Positions 26,626 through 37,601 are shown, counted from the first letter of the stretch. The stretch is DNA of 64,000 bases from Patescibacteria group bacterium (GCA_035692185.1 DASSIE010000010.1:2879-66878), one strand, 5' to 3'. A program made the numbers and translations. The notes: generated by a model not told the origin, from the letters alone.

Positions 26626-29082
26626 ATGCCTAAAAATAAAAAAAATGTATTAGTAACAGGGTCGGGTGGTTTAATTGGATCTGAGTCAGTGCATTTTTTT
26701 TGCGAAAAAGGATTTAATGTTATAGGAATCGACAATAATATGAGGGAGTATTATTTCGGACAAGAGGCAAGTACGAAAGGTAATGTTAAACAAATAGTTG
26801 ATACATACAAAAATTATAAACATTTTAATTGTGATATAAGGGACTCTGAAAATATTGAAGAAATATTTAAAACTTATAATTTTGATTTAATTATTCATAC
26901 AGCTGCGCAACCATCACATGATTGGGCCGCGAGGGAACCCCAGACTGACTTCAGTGTTAACGCAAACGGGACACTTAACCTGCTCGAGAATTTTAGAAAA
27001 TATTCTCCAAAAGCAGTTTTTATTTATACTTCAACTAATAAAGTTTATGGTGACACACCAAACAAATTGCCACTAATTGAACTAAAAACTAGATATGAGA
27101 TTGAATCAAGTCATAAATATAAAAATGGAATTGATGAATCAATGTCGATCGACAATAGCACTCATTCGTTGTTTGGTGTGTCAAAAGCTTCAGCTGATTT
27201 AATGGTTCAGGAGTACGGGAAATATTTTGGTTTATTTACTGGAGTTTTTAGGGGTGGGTGTCTTACAGGTTCTCGACATGCTGGAACGCAACTCCATGGA
27301 TTTTTGTCGTACTTAATTAAAAGTATTGTTACAGGCAAAAAATATACAATATTTGGTTACAAAGGAAAACAAGTTCGGGATAACATTCATTCACACGACT
27401 TGGTAAACGCTTTTTATCATTTTTATTTAAAACCCAGGATTGGTGAAGTCTATAATATTGGAGGATCAAGATACTCTAACGTCTCGATGTTGGAGGCAAT
27501 TGATAAAATAGAAAAAGTTACAGGCAAAAAAGCCAATGTAGAATATGTTGATGAAAACAGAATAGGAGACCATATTTGGTATGTTTCTTCAGTAAAAAAA
27601 TTTCAATCGCACTATCCAGAATGGAAGTATGAATACGATATAGATGCAACCATTTGGGATATTTGTAAAAATAGTGAATTTGCCAAAGATTTAATTTCAT
27701 TTTCAATTGCAAGGGATTTAGATTATTGGAGAGATAAAAATTGGTATTTTCATAATGCCTTAAAGGATATTTTTAAAACTTTTATTCCAGAGGATTCTAA
27801 AGTGCTTCAAGTTGGGTATGGTTTGGGTGACATATTAGCATCACTTTTTCCAAAAAATGCTTTAAGTGTTGATGACGATCCAAATATAATTATCAGTTCA
27901 ACTAAAAGATATCCCCATATTAGATTTCAGAATTTAGATATCGCCAAAACAAACATAAAAGAAAAATTTGATTATGTGATATTTCCAAACTCAATTGAGC
28001 ACATGTTTGATGTACAAACTGTTTTAGAGAAAGTAAAGAGTAGCCTTCATAAAGATTCAAGAATAATTATCACGTCTGTAAATCCTCGCTGGCAACAGCT
28101 TTTTTCCATATTAGAGAAATTCAAACTTAAAAGACCTGAGGCTCCAAAAAATTGGTTAAGACTTGAAGATCTGGTTAATATTGTTGAAATTTCTGGCTAT
28201 GAAATAGTTAATACAGGCTTTAAAGTTCTTTTACCTACGCATATACCACTTATTAGCAATTGGGTTAATAAGTTTAACTCACGTTTTTGTGTTGAGCAGT
28301 ATTTGGTTGCAAAGTCGAAGATCAAAAGTAAGGCAAAACCACTTACTTGTTCGGTAATAATACCTTGCTTTAACGAGGAGGAAAATATTAAGAAATGTAT
28401 TAATTCCGTGCCGAAGATGGGCAAGAGAACCGAAATAATTGTAGTTGACGACGGGTCAACAGATAAGACTTCAAGTGTTGTTAAAAATTTGATGAAGAAA
28501 AATAAAAATTTAAGATTAATATCATATAAACCAAATAAAGGGAAAGGTTATGCAGTAAAGCAGGGTTTTGATGGTGCCAAAGGGGATGTGGTAATGATTT
28601 TGGATGCTGATATGGCAGTACCTGTATCGGAGTTGCCGAGGTTTTTCAATTTATTAGAGTCTAAAGAAGCTGGTTTTGTAAATGGCACACGTTTAATTTA
28701 TCCAATGGAAGATCAGGCAATGCGGCAATTAAACTTAATTGGAAATCTTGTTTTTGGATGGATATTCTCATGGGTATTAAATCAAAGAATAACAGACACT
28801 TTATGTGGGACCAAAGCATTGCTTAAAAAGGATTATTTAAAAATTAAAATGGGTGGAGAATCATGGGGTGACTTCGACCTATTATTCGGCGCTGCAGAAA
28901 ACAAACTTAAAATCGTAGACATGCCTGTTCACTATATGAGGAGAGTGGCAGGTAAGTCAAAAATGAAAGCATTTCAGCATGGCTTGGTACTAGCTAAAAT
29001 GTGTTTCGTAGGTTGGTGGCGTTTAAAAGCGTCTCCATTATTTCGTAACACGAAAAGAGATGTGAGAAAACGGGTAAAATAA
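26626..29082 (+). CDS. Tri-domain fusion: N-terminal NDP-sugar epimerase-like SDR domain, central class-I-MTase-like domain, C-terminal Dpm1-like GT2 polyprenol-phosphate glycosyltransferase
   Basis: Residues 1-~340: [12 protein letters not shown]...STNKVYGD, resembling CDP-paratose 2-epimerase-type SDRs, but the YxxxK Tyr is replaced ([10 protein letters not shown]). Residues ~380-540: [12 protein letters not shown]...[14 protein letters not shown] (MTase-like fold). Residues ~560-818: [14 protein letters not shown]...[12 protein letters not shown]...[29 protein letters not shown]...[10 protein letters not shown] (Dpm1/ArnC-like). Confidence 0.6.
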   Translation: MPKNKKNVLVTGSGGLIGSESVHFFCEKGFNVIGIDNNMREYYFGQEASTKGNVKQIVDTYKNYKHFNCDIRDSENIEEIFKTYNFDLIIHTAAQPSHDWAAREPQTDFSVNANGTLNLLENFRKYSPKAVFIYTSTNKVYGDTPNKLPLIELKTRYEIESSHKYKNGIDESMSIDNSTHSLFGVSKASADLMVQEYGKYFGLFTGVFRGGCLTGSRHAGTQLHGFLSYLIKSIVTGKKYTIFGYKGKQVRDNIHSHDLVNAFYHFYLKPRIGEVYNIGGSRYSNVSMLEAIDKIEKVTGKKANVEYVDENRIGDHIWYVSSVKKFQSHYPEWKYEYDIDATIWDICKNSEFAKDLISFSIARDLDYWRDKNWYFHNALKDIFKTFIPEDSKVLQVGYGLGDILASLFPKNALSVDDDPNIIISSTKRYPHIRFQNLDIAKTNIKEKFDYVIFPNSIEHMFDVQTVLEKVKSSLHKDSRIIITSVNPRWQQLFSILEKFKLKRPEAPKNWLRLEDLVNIVEISGYEIVNTGFKVLLPTHIPLISNWVNKFNSRFCVEQYLVAKSKIKSKAKPLTCSVIIPCFNEEENIKKCINSVPKMGKRTEIIVVDDGSTDKTSSVVKNLMKKNKNLRLISYKPNKGKGYAVKQGFDGAKGDVVMILDADMAVPVSELPRFFNLLESKEAGFVNGTRLIYPMEDQAMRQLNLIGNLVFGWIFSWVLNQRITDTLCGTKALLKKDYLKIKMGGESWGDFDLLFGAAENKLKIVDMPVHYMRRVAGKSKMKAFQHGLVLAKMCFVGWWRLKASPLFRNTKRDVRKRVK

Positions 29083-29592
29083 AGGAGTCTCTACAGGTTC
29101 AACTTCATATTTAAGTTTGTTCTTAACAAATATTTTTTTCCATTGATCAGGACGTCTAAAAGTAAACGGAATGCGCATAAACGGGTTATGAATTTTATTT
29201 AAGATGTAATCAGATATTGTTCCAATTAATGTTGGTTGGACCTCAAAGATTAGAACCTGCTTTGATACTCTTAAGGCGTCAAGGATTAATTTTTCCTGGA
29301 TAGTGTATGGAATATGATGAAGAACATCATTAAACATTGCACTTTTAAACTCATTTCTTTTGAAAGGTAAGGAATCCTCCTTTTTAATTAGTTTAAACGC
29401 GATTTTGTTTGTGAGATATTTTAAGGTATCGCATCCATATATCTTTAAATCGAAATCCTCCGCTATCTGCTTACTCACAACTCCATTTCCGCAACCAACA
29501 TCTACGACCTTTTCGTTTGATTTTAGCCACCTTTGATAAGCCTTAATGATTAACTTACCTCGTATTTTTGATGTGTAATCAGCGAGTGCCAT
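29038..29592 (-). CDS. Class I SAM-dependent methyltransferase
   Basis: [14 protein letters not shown] motif I, FNDVLHHI post-II. 184 aa. 3' end overlaps the convergent tri-domain gene by 45 nt. Confidence 0.55.
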   Translation of the reverse strand: MALADYTSKIRGKLIIKAYQRWLKSNEKVVDVGCGNGVVSKQIAEDFDLKIYGCDTLKYLTNKIAFKLIKKEDSLPFKRNEFKSAMFNDVLHHIPYTIQEKLILDALRVSKQVLIFEVQPTLIGTISDYILNKIHNPFMRIPFTFRRPDQWKKIFVKNKLKYEVEPVETPLFYPFSHISFRVTK

Positions 29593-31351
29593 ATAGTATT
29601 TCTGATTTTATATCTGTTAGTGAGTTGTCGGGCTCGAGTCTAAAAGCAAAAGTGTTTCTTACATCAATTTTTTTTGCGACACCCCAGTTAAACCCCTTAA
29701 GCTTTTCACCGTCTTTAATGGCTGATTTGAATTGTTCCCTGTTTTCAATTACATATAAACTTCCCGGTCTATCGGGCGACTTTTCATATACGATCATTCT
29801 AGGTATAAAACCAAATGTAATCACATCGCGCACAATACTATCGTTACCGTTTTTGGGCTCAAAATAAAATAAATAATCTTTTTTTGGATCCAGATTGGGT
29901 ATTTTAGTAAGTATGTTTTTCCAAACGGTTTGAGATATATCTTCCGAATGTGTCACGATCAAATTTTTTAAATATGATTGTGTCGAGGAATATTGAATAA
30001 GATAAAGTGGTATAACGAGTAGCGCTAACATAAAATTTTGTAAATTAGATTTTTTAATTGCAAACAATACACCGATTAATATTGCAATTGATATTCCGGG
30101 CGCAATTAAATAACGCATAGCCGATGGGATGTAAGTTAATGGAGTAAAGACAAATGGAACTGCGGCAAATCCGACAAGCCAGAAAAGTCCAATAAATAGA
30201 CTCTTTCTGATATTGTCTTGTTTAGCAAAAAAAATGAGAAGTGTACTCGTTACTATTAATGCGCCACCTACCATTGTCAAAAATACAGTGTTTGGTGACA
30301 TAGTGTTTGTACTTATACGGACAAAGAAATTTATTGTGAATATAAGAATAAGCATTAATAGACATATTGCAATAATAAACTTTTTCCTATTCTTTTTTTC
30401 AATAAGTAAAACACCAAGTGCGGTAAGAACTATCGAAAATAATACCCAAAAAGGTAAAAGGAACGCCCTCAACCAAGACATATTTTGAGCTTTATAGACA
30501 GTACGCGGAATTTGAACATGGTTCATATATTGGTCGGTAAAGATCATATTACCAATTGTCGTTAGTGGGTATAGATATTGTTCATAATGGCCATTTTCCA
30601 TAGCTTCTGAGTTTTCCTTAAGCCCTTTACGGACATATGTATCAAAATTAGAGGATCCCGATCCAAGTACTCCCCAGCTTGAAAGTATAAAGAAGGAAAT
30701 AACCCAAATACTATTTATCAGTATAAATTTTTTAATTGAAACAATACCTTTCCAATTTTTGAAAAGGAAATATGTTTCGATTAAAAACAAAACAATAAAA
30801 GCACCATGCATTCTTACTGGAACAGAAATCACTGAAAGGAGAAATAACGGAACACTTGTTAATAAAAGTATTTTCTTCGATGTTTCGTGATACTTTAAAA
30901 CTAGTGCTACAACTATTAAAAATATCGCTAGTCCTAAATATGAATTCATATTAAAAACCCAATTTGTAGATTCGATACCGATTTCACTAACTGCCCAAAA
31001 TAGACTAGCAACAAAAGCAGATAGTCTATTTTTTGTTATTTGAAAAACTAATATATATAGTGATATCGAAACTAGACTTCGAAAAAATAAAGATGCCGCA
31101 AAATATGGAATAGGGTTTAATCCAAAAAACTTATCGATAATACCCATTATTAAGTATGTTGGGCCATACGGGGAAAGATAGCTTACTAAGTCAAATGGAA
31201 TAGACCCAAAATTACCGTGTTGAACTTGATATTTAAAAATGTAAAGAACTAGCCAGTCATCTCCAAACAAACTGAGGCCAAAACTGAGTCTAAAGGCAAT
31301 TGCTCCGATTATTATTACTAACAAAATTGGCAATATATGTTTTCGAATCAT
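29579..31351 (-). CDS. Polytopic integral membrane protein, putative GT-C-like glycosyltransferase
   Basis: 590 aa with more than 12 hydrophobic helices and short loops. No soluble catalytic motifs recognised. Confidence 0.3.
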   Translation of the reverse strand: MIRKHILPILLVIIIGAIAFRLSFGLSLFGDDWLVLYIFKYQVQHGNFGSIPFDLVSYLSPYGPTYLIMGIIDKFFGLNPIPYFAASLFFRSLVSISLYILVFQITKNRLSAFVASLFWAVSEIGIESTNWVFNMNSYLGLAIFLIVVALVLKYHETSKKILLLTSVPLFLLSVISVPVRMHGAFIVLFLIETYFLFKNWKGIVSIKKFILINSIWVISFFILSSWGVLGSGSSNFDTYVRKGLKENSEAMENGHYEQYLYPLTTIGNMIFTDQYMNHVQIPRTVYKAQNMSWLRAFLLPFWVLFSIVLTALGVLLIEKKNRKKFIIAICLLMLILIFTINFFVRISTNTMSPNTVFLTMVGGALIVTSTLLIFFAKQDNIRKSLFIGLFWLVGFAAVPFVFTPLTYIPSAMRYLIAPGISIAILIGVLFAIKKSNLQNFMLALLVIPLYLIQYSSTQSYLKNLIVTHSEDISQTVWKNILTKIPNLDPKKDYLFYFEPKNGNDSIVRDVITFGFIPRMIVYEKSPDRPGSLYVIENREQFKSAIKDGEKLKGFNWGVAKKIDVRNTFAFRLEPDNSLTDIKSEILYGTR

Positions 31352-31416
31352 TCTTCGGAGATTATACTTTAACCTCTATATTAATTCTAGCAAGAATATC
31401 ATAAAATAGGTTTCAA

Positions 31417-32196
31417 ATGAGCAAAATAATCTTAGTTACTGGCGCATCATCTGGATTGGGTAAGGCAATCGTAACTAATCTATCAAGTCGAGGGTTTACA
31501 GTTTATGCAGGAGCCCGAGACTTAAGTAAATTAGTAAAAGGCAAAAATATAATCCCAGTTATGCTGGATATTACAATTGATGATAGTTGTAAAAAAGTTG
31601 TAGAAAAGATAATAAAAAAAGACGGCAAAATTGACATTCTTATTAATGTGGCAGGGTATTCTCTCTCTGGGCCAACACTTGACTTTAGTTCAAAAGATTT
31701 CTCATTGATTCTTAACACAAATGTTATTGGAGCATTTCGCTTGATTAAGGAAGTAGTTCCCAATATGCAAAAAAGAAAATCGGGAAAAATAATTAACATA
31801 ACCTCTATGAGTGGTCTCATTGCTTTTCCAAATTTTGGGCTTTATTCAGCATCCAAGTTTGCACTAGAGGCTTTAGGAAAATCGTTGGGATACGAACTTG
31901 CTAAAGATCATATTTCAGTTACAAATGTCGCGCCGGGGGCAATAAAAAGTGAAACTGAAGTTAAACCTTTGTTTAAACACAAAACTGCAAGAGAAAAGTT
32001 TAAATTTTTGAATTTCTTAATGCCGATGGTTACTAAAGAACAAATCTCAAATAAAGTTCTAGACATAATCAAAGATCCAAACCCTCCACCATCTGTAATA
32101 TTGGGAGCTGATACCAAAATAATATACTTCATACAAAAAATACTACCAACAGCTTTATGGAATAAACTCCAATATTTTGTATGGAATAGAAAATGA
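31417..32196 (+). CDS. Classical SDR family oxidoreductase (sugar or carrier reductase)
   Basis: ILVTGASSGLGKAIV (TGxxxGxG), NVAGY (NNAG-like), catalytic YSASK. Confidence 0.6.
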   Translation: MSKIILVTGASSGLGKAIVTNLSSRGFTVYAGARDLSKLVKGKNIIPVMLDITIDDSCKKVVEKIIKKDGKIDILINVAGYSLSGPTLDFSSKDFSLILNTNVIGAFRLIKEVVPNMQKRKSGKIINITSMSGLIAFPNFGLYSASKFALEALGKSLGYELAKDHISVTNVAPGAIKSETEVKPLFKHKTAREKFKFLNFLMPMVTKEQISNKVLDIIKDPNPPPSVILGADTKIIYFIQKILPTALWNKLQYFVWNRK

Positions 32197-33212
32197 ATAA
32201 ACAATTTCCCACTATCTCCATTGTTACAGCTACGTTTAACTCAGGCAAAACACTCGAAAAATGTCTTAAAGCAGTTAGAAGTCAGGATTATCCACAAAAA
32301 AATATTGAAATAATTTTGGGTGATGGTGGATCAACCGATGGTACTCTCGATATTGCCAAAAAATATAAAGCCCGAATAATTAACATCCCGCCTAGTATTC
32401 AAAACGCAGAATACAACAGAGGAGTGGCCTACAATTCGGCAAAAAATGAGTTAGCTCTTATTTTGGATCACGATAACTTTATGCCAACAAAGGATTGGTT
32501 AAAACAAATGACAAAGCCGTTTATAGAAAATCCAAAAATAGTTGCAACAAATACTTGTTATTATCATTACGACAAAAAATTTGATTTGATGGACAGGTAC
32601 TTTGCACTCTTTGGTACAAGTGAGCCATTACCTTACTTTTTACACAAGGCCGACCGAATGCCACAAACTTCAACCAAATGGACTTTGGCTGGTCGGGCAA
32701 TAGATAAAGGAGACTATTATCTGGTTACACTTCCAAAAGATCCGAGAAAATTTCTGTCAATTGGTACAAATGGGTGTTTGATGAGAAGAACTATTGTAAA
32801 TAAATATGCAAATACTAAAGCTACGGAGCATTATCCGATTGATATTATGTTTGAGGTTACAAAATCTGGGCATGATCAGTTCGGGTTTGTAAAAAACTCC
32901 TTGATTCACCTTACTCATTCTGGGGGGTTTATAAAATTTGTAAAAAGAAGGAAGAAATTTGTCGAAGAGTATTATTTTAAAGATAATAAAAAAAGAAGAT
33001 GGAGTGTTGTAATGCCAGGGGACACAAAATATGTATTTTTGTTTGTGCTGTATAGTTTGACTTTAGTTGGACCTATTTTTGAGGCAATTAAAGGTTTTAT
33101 CAAAATTCAAGATATTGCATGGTTCGTCTATCCTTTAATGTGTATTGGAACAACTTTTATTTACGGATATGTCACACTCAAATATAAAATGTTAGAACTA
33201 ATCAAAAAATGA
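32193..33212 (+). CDS. GT2 family glycosyltransferase with C-terminal membrane helices
   Basis: ISIVTATFNSGKTLEKCLKAVRSQDYPQKNIEIILGDGGSTDGT, DHDN (DXD-like). Two C-terminal hydrophobic segments, as in GtrB-type enzymes. Confidence 0.55.
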   Translation: MNKQFPTISIVTATFNSGKTLEKCLKAVRSQDYPQKNIEIILGDGGSTDGTLDIAKKYKARIINIPPSIQNAEYNRGVAYNSAKNELALILDHDNFMPTKDWLKQMTKPFIENPKIVATNTCYYHYDKKFDLMDRYFALFGTSEPLPYFLHKADRMPQTSTKWTLAGRAIDKGDYYLVTLPKDPRKFLSIGTNGCLMRRTIVNKYANTKATEHYPIDIMFEVTKSGHDQFGFVKNSLIHLTHSGGFIKFVKRRKKFVEEYYFKDNKKRRWSVVMPGDTKYVFLFVLYSLTLVGPIFEAIKGFIKIQDIAWFVYPLMCIGTTFIYGYVTLKYKMLELIKK

Positions 33213-34339
33213 AAGAAATTCTTGTTGTTTCAATTGGTTTTTCTCCAAACTTGGGGGGTATTGAAACCCACTTTGACGATTTGGTAAAGGCCCTTGACGA
33301 TAGAGGTTGGAAAACATGGGTTTTAACTTATATGCCGATTACAACAAAAGTAAAAGCCAAATTATATGAAAAGCGCGGAAACAATATCAAAATATTAAGA
33401 GTACCTTGGTTTGGAAATTTATTTTACAAATTAGTGGGGAACCCGATATTGGAGTTTATCTATTTAGTTCCAGGTCTTTTTTTTGCACTGCCATTTTTTT
33501 TGTTAGTTAAAGGCAAGAACATAAAAGTAATTGATTCACATGGTTTAATCGCCGGCTTTATTTCAGTTTTCTGGGGAAAAATATTTAGTAAAAGAATAAT
33601 AACAACAACCCATTCCATTTATAATTTTCCGAAAAGAGGTTTTTATAGAAATTTCTCTTTTTGGATTTTTAATAATTCAAATAAAGTTCTTACACTTTCA
33701 AAACAATCAAGAAAAGAAATTCTGGAATTGGGAATACCAGAAAATAAAATAAATGTTTTTAAATATTGGATCGATCTTAATAAATTTCAAGAAATTAAAA
33801 ATGCAAAGAAAATTTTAAGTTGGGATGATAATTTTACAGTTTTGTTTGTTGGTCGTCTGGTTCCAGAAAAGGGGATAATAGAGTTGTTATCTGCAGCTTC
33901 TATGTGGAATAAAAAAATAGAATTAAGGCTTGCTGGTGGCGGGCCACTCGAAAACGAAATTAGAAAAATGGCAAAAAAATATAGAAATATATTTTACCTT
34001 GGGGCCATTAGTCAGCATGAATTACCAAAATATTATTCTGCTGCCGATCTTTTAATCGTTCCATCTGTTTCAGAAGAAGGTTTCGGTAGGGTAATATTGG
34101 AATCCCTTGCTTGTGAAACCCCGGTTTTGGGTTCCAACCGAGGAGCTATCCCTGAAGCAATGGATTCTACAGTTGGGAAGTTAATAGATATTTCACCTGA
34201 CACAATTAAAGAAAGTGTTGAATATTTTTACAGTAACCCTCGAGAATTAAATAAACTTTCCAAAAACGCGAGAAAATATGCACTCAAGAATTTTTCTGAA
34301 AATAATATAAGGCAAATTATGGACTCTTTTGATAAATGA
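33209..34339 (+). CDS. GT4 family glycosyltransferase
   Basis: EEGFGRVILESLACETPVLGSNRGAIPE. 376 aa. ATGA overlap with the upstream gene. Confidence 0.65.
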   Translation: MKEILVVSIGFSPNLGGIETHFDDLVKALDDRGWKTWVLTYMPITTKVKAKLYEKRGNNIKILRVPWFGNLFYKLVGNPILEFIYLVPGLFFALPFFLLVKGKNIKVIDSHGLIAGFISVFWGKIFSKRIITTTHSIYNFPKRGFYRNFSFWIFNNSNKVLTLSKQSRKEILELGIPENKINVFKYWIDLNKFQEIKNAKKILSWDDNFTVLFVGRLVPEKGIIELLSAASMWNKKIELRLAGGGPLENEIRKMAKKYRNIFYLGAISQHELPKYYSAADLLIVPSVSEEGFGRVILESLACETPVLGSNRGAIPEAMDSTVGKLIDISPDTIKESVEYFYSNPRELNKLSKNARKYALKNFSENNIRQIMDSFDK

Positions 34340-34890
34340 TTGAAATATTAACTTTAATTGCTTCAGACTGGAAAAGGTACACCGGTCTTCATAAAAAAAT
34401 GAATCCGTTATTGTTTTTAGTGGTGTTGTTCAGGAATCCCGGAATGCACTTCTCAGTTCTTTATCGACTTGAATTCTACCTTTTTAATAGTAAGAATCTA
34501 ATTTTAAAGATAATCTCAGCAATTTTTTATCCTTTCTATTTTATTATTACTTATTATATTTTTGATATCGATATCTCCCCAAGAGTAAAAATTGGAAGCG
34601 GCTTATATATTCACAACAAGGGAATTATATTTACTGACCTTGTTGTTGCTGGAAAAAACTTAACTTTAATTGCCCCATTAACTTTAGGTGTAAAAGGGTG
34701 GGGATATGATTTAAGTTATGCTCCGACATTGGGAAACAATGTAGTTGTATATACTGGAGCCAGGATTATTGGAAAAGTTAAAATAGGTAACAACGTTTCA
34801 ATTGGTGCAAATGCCGTTGTTATAAAAAATATACCCAATAACTGTATAGTTGGTGGAATACCGGCTAAAATTTTAAGAAGACTTAAATAA
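34336..34890 (+). CDS. Hexapeptide-repeat O-acetyltransferase (CysE/WcaB-like)
   Basis: N-terminal CysE/WcaB-like helical region, then left-handed beta-helix repeats (IGNNVSIGANAVVIKNIPNNCIVGGIPAKIL). Confidence 0.55.
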   Translation: MIEILTLIASDWKRYTGLHKKMNPLLFLVVLFRNPGMHFSVLYRLEFYLFNSKNLILKIISAIFYPFYFIITYYIFDIDISPRVKIGSGLYIHNKGIIFTDLVVAGKNLTLIAPLTLGVKGWGYDLSYAPTLGNNVVVYTGARIIGKVKIGNNVSIGANAVVIKNIPNNCIVGGIPAKILRRLK

Positions 34891-35715
34891 AAGAGAATAA
34901 GCGATACCCAAAGCTCCTCCTGTGTATTCAACAACCCTAGCAATTATTAGAAAAAACGTGTCTTTTGGTCTTTGGACAAATAACTTCCAATTCCTTACGT
35001 AACCTGGTCTAATGGGGAAATAGCTTTGGAAAGCTTTTTTAGGTCTTTTTTTAATATATTTTAGCGCGTCTTGACCGTACATGAATGATTTTTTGAAAAG
35101 TTTGCTTATTTTTATCTCACCCTCCATATGTTGTACAACAGTTTTTGTTCTGCCAACTTTATAATTTTTATCCAACAATTTTTGATATAAATCCCAATCG
35201 TCGCCTCCACCACCCAGGCTTTCGTCAAGTCCACCTACAGCAACCCAGGCGCTTTTTCTAAAAAATCTTGGTGACTCTACAGTATCGTCGCCAAAATAAG
35301 CCCTTCGTTCTAATTGTTTTGCCATTGTCCAAACGCCAGTTCCGATCGTATCAAATGGGTATATCACCGCGTCAAATCCTTTCTCGCAAAGGGCCACCGC
35401 GTTCTCAATAAACTTTTTTGCGGGTTTAAAATCAGCATCTGCATACCAAACGTATTTGCCACTCGATTTCTTAACACCATAGTTTCGTCTATAAGGAGCA
35501 TCCATTTTTCCAATAGCTATTTTTGGATCGTATTGAAAAACTTTGGCATGATATTTTTTGGCAACTGGAAGAGTGTTGTCTGTTGAGTTTCCGTCAACTA
35601 TTATCATTTCGATATTCTTGTAAGTTTGATCTCTCATACTTTTTAAACATGCATCCAAAAATGCACCGGTATTTTTTGTAGGTATGACAATTGAAACAAG
35701 TGGTTTAGATTTCAT
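34873..35715 (-). CDS. GT2 family glycosyltransferase
   Basis: VSIVIPTKNTGAFLDACLKSMRDQTYKNIEMIIVDGNSTDNT...YADADF. Confidence 0.6.
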   Translation of the reverse strand: MKSKPLVSIVIPTKNTGAFLDACLKSMRDQTYKNIEMIIVDGNSTDNTLPVAKKYHAKVFQYDPKIAIGKMDAPYRRNYGVKKSSGKYVWYADADFKPAKKFIENAVALCEKGFDAVIYPFDTIGTGVWTMAKQLERRAYFGDDTVESPRFFRKSAWVAVGGLDESLGGGGDDWDLYQKLLDKNYKVGRTKTVVQHMEGEIKISKLFKKSFMYGQDALKYIKKRPKKAFQSYFPIRPGYVRNWKLFVQRPKDTFFLIIARVVEYTGGALGIAYSLLFKSS

Positions 35716-35735
35716 GAGATTGATTTTACTACTTA

Positions 35736-36494
35736 TTGTATAATAATCGAAATCATATGCTATCTAAGTTATTTACAAAAATGTTTAATGAAGCCACGGA
35801 GAGAAATATTCATAATATTTTGTCGCTTCTTGAAGAAAACAAAGATGCAAAAGTTATTGATATTGGTTGCGGAGATGGCCAGTCAACCATCCGATATAAA
35901 AGTAAAATAAAATGTAAACAAATTGTAGGCACAGATGGCGTGCAAAGAAGACTTAAAATTGCAAAAAAAAGTGGAATTAAAACAGTTTTTGTTAACTTGG
36001 AAGATAAATGGCCAATCAAGAGTAATAATTTTGATATTGTTATCTCAAATCAAGTAATTGAACATATTTTAAATATAGACAACTTTATTCAAGAAATTTA
36101 TAGAATATTAAAACCGGGAGGATATTGTGTCGTCTCTACAGAAAATTTAGCAAGTTGGCACAACATTTTTGCACTTTTTCTTGGATTGCAAGATTTTTCG
36201 CATACACTTCTCAAAAGAAAGCATCTTGGTAACCCGTTATCAATTTATTATGGTCAAAAAACAAGTACCTGGATATTGGATGGACACGGTGATGGTGATG
36301 ACTCTGCTTATCCCCATATTAAAATACTAACTTATAAAAGTTTGAAAGATGTATTTTTAGAATTTGGATTTCAGTTTGTTAAAGGTAAAGGGAGTGGCTA
36401 TTATCCACTCTTTGGTTTTTTAAGCCGTATTGCAAACAAAATTGATCCTTATCATTCTCATTTTATTACTATTAAAATTAGGAAGCCGATTTAA
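35736..36494 (+). CDS. Class I SAM-dependent methyltransferase
   Basis: VIDIGCGDGQS motif I, FDIVISNQVIEHI post-II, LKPGGYCVVS. Confidence 0.55.
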   Translation: MYNNRNHMLSKLFTKMFNEATERNIHNILSLLEENKDAKVIDIGCGDGQSTIRYKSKIKCKQIVGTDGVQRRLKIAKKSGIKTVFVNLEDKWPIKSNNFDIVISNQVIEHILNIDNFIQEIYRILKPGGYCVVSTENLASWHNIFALFLGLQDFSHTLLKRKHLGNPLSIYYGQKTSTWILDGHGDGDDSAYPHIKILTYKSLKDVFLEFGFQFVKGKGSGYYPLFGFLSRIANKIDPYHSHFITIKIRKPI

Positions 36495-37588
36495 TATCTA
36501 TTTATTAGATAGTCAACAACAATTTTTGATGGTTTTCTATTGGTTTTAATTCTAATCTTTTTATACTTTTTATAACTCCCTAGAAACTTTTCCATAGTCT
36601 TATTGTTTCCTTTACTAATTACGACATTCTTATTTAATCCCTCAACTCTTTCAGTCAAATTTCTTAGTCCTAAGTACGGAACACCTAAATAGTAGGCTTC
36701 TTCCTGGCTTGTGCAGCTGTCCGTAGCAATAAATTCGGAATTGTGTATTAAATTTACAAAATCAACATAAGGTAGTTTGGGTAAAATTATCAAATTTTTA
36801 TTTGTTTGACTTAATTCATCCAATTTTGTTGGAGACAATATTTTGGAAGTTAATGCATGCATGACTAGTACACAGTTAAGTTTTTTTGGAGCATTATTCA
36901 TTATTGTTTGAATCATATTCCAAGTTTGATCTTTATTAAAATAAATATGCTCTTGTCTGTGTATAAACAATATATAGTAGTTCTTTAGACTTTTTATATA
37001 ATCTGAATTGTTATTTTTACCAATTGCCCAAGAACAACTTTCTATTAGTGTATTTTCGCCTGTGCTGATTTTTTCGCCTTTATATTTTTTGAGATTATTA
37101 AGTGCCCAAGCATTTGGGGCAAAGAAGATACTCCCAATGCGAGATATTACAAGGCGGCACATTTCCTCTGGAATTGGCTCGAAAATATTAAAGGACCTTA
37201 ATCCTGATTCAATTTGCACAATTTTGACTCTTACCATTTTTCCGACTAGCGCACCAATTAAGGATGAAATCGTATCACCGTGGATAATCAAGTAAAAATC
37301 TTCCCGCTTCGTTTTTTTCAACTCCTTAATAAATAATCTAAGACTTAGGAAAAACGTCTTCATAGTCCAAATAAAGAACCCAAAGAGTGATGATTTACTA
37401 ATTTTCTTTGGTAACTCAATATTGGGGACTAATTTCCCAGTGAAGCTCTTAAACTCGTCAAAATTTATGGCGTTCTGTCCTGAGGTAATAATTTTGAATT
37501 TTGTGTTCCTCCTTTTGAACTCTTTTATAACTGGAGCTAATTTTATAAATTCTGCGGACGTGCCGATAAAGAAGTAAAACCCTTTCAT
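36491..37588 (-). CDS. UDP-N-acetylglucosamine 2-epimerase (WecB/Epimerase_2)-like
   Basis: GTSAEFIKLAPV (cf. GTRPEAIKMAPL), IHGDTISSLIGAL, QIESGLRS...PIPEEMCR (cf. HVEAGLRT...PWPEEANR of WecB). The conserved His is Gln here. Confidence 0.55.
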   Translation of the reverse strand: MKGFYFFIGTSAEFIKLAPVIKEFKRRNTKFKIITSGQNAINFDEFKSFTGKLVPNIELPKKISKSSLFGFFIWTMKTFFLSLRLFIKELKKTKREDFYLIIHGDTISSLIGALVGKMVRVKIVQIESGLRSFNIFEPIPEEMCRLVISRIGSIFFAPNAWALNNLKKYKGEKISTGENTLIESCSWAIGKNNNSDYIKSLKNYYILFIHRQEHIYFNKDQTWNMIQTIMNNAPKKLNCVLVMHALTSKILSPTKLDELSQTNKNLIILPKLPYVDFVNLIHNSEFIATDSCTSQEEAYYLGVPYLGLRNLTERVEGLNKNVVISKGNNKTMEKFLGSYKKYKKIRIKTNRKPSKIVVDYLINRY

Positions 37589-37601
37589 ATTTATAATCGG
37601 T

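Noticed and set aside
31352-31416. Second divergent intergenic region as a defined promoter
   Set aside because: It is AT-rich with several TATAAT-like hexamers (tatcataaaat), but no convincing -35/-10 pair at proper spacing. Too ambiguous to call.
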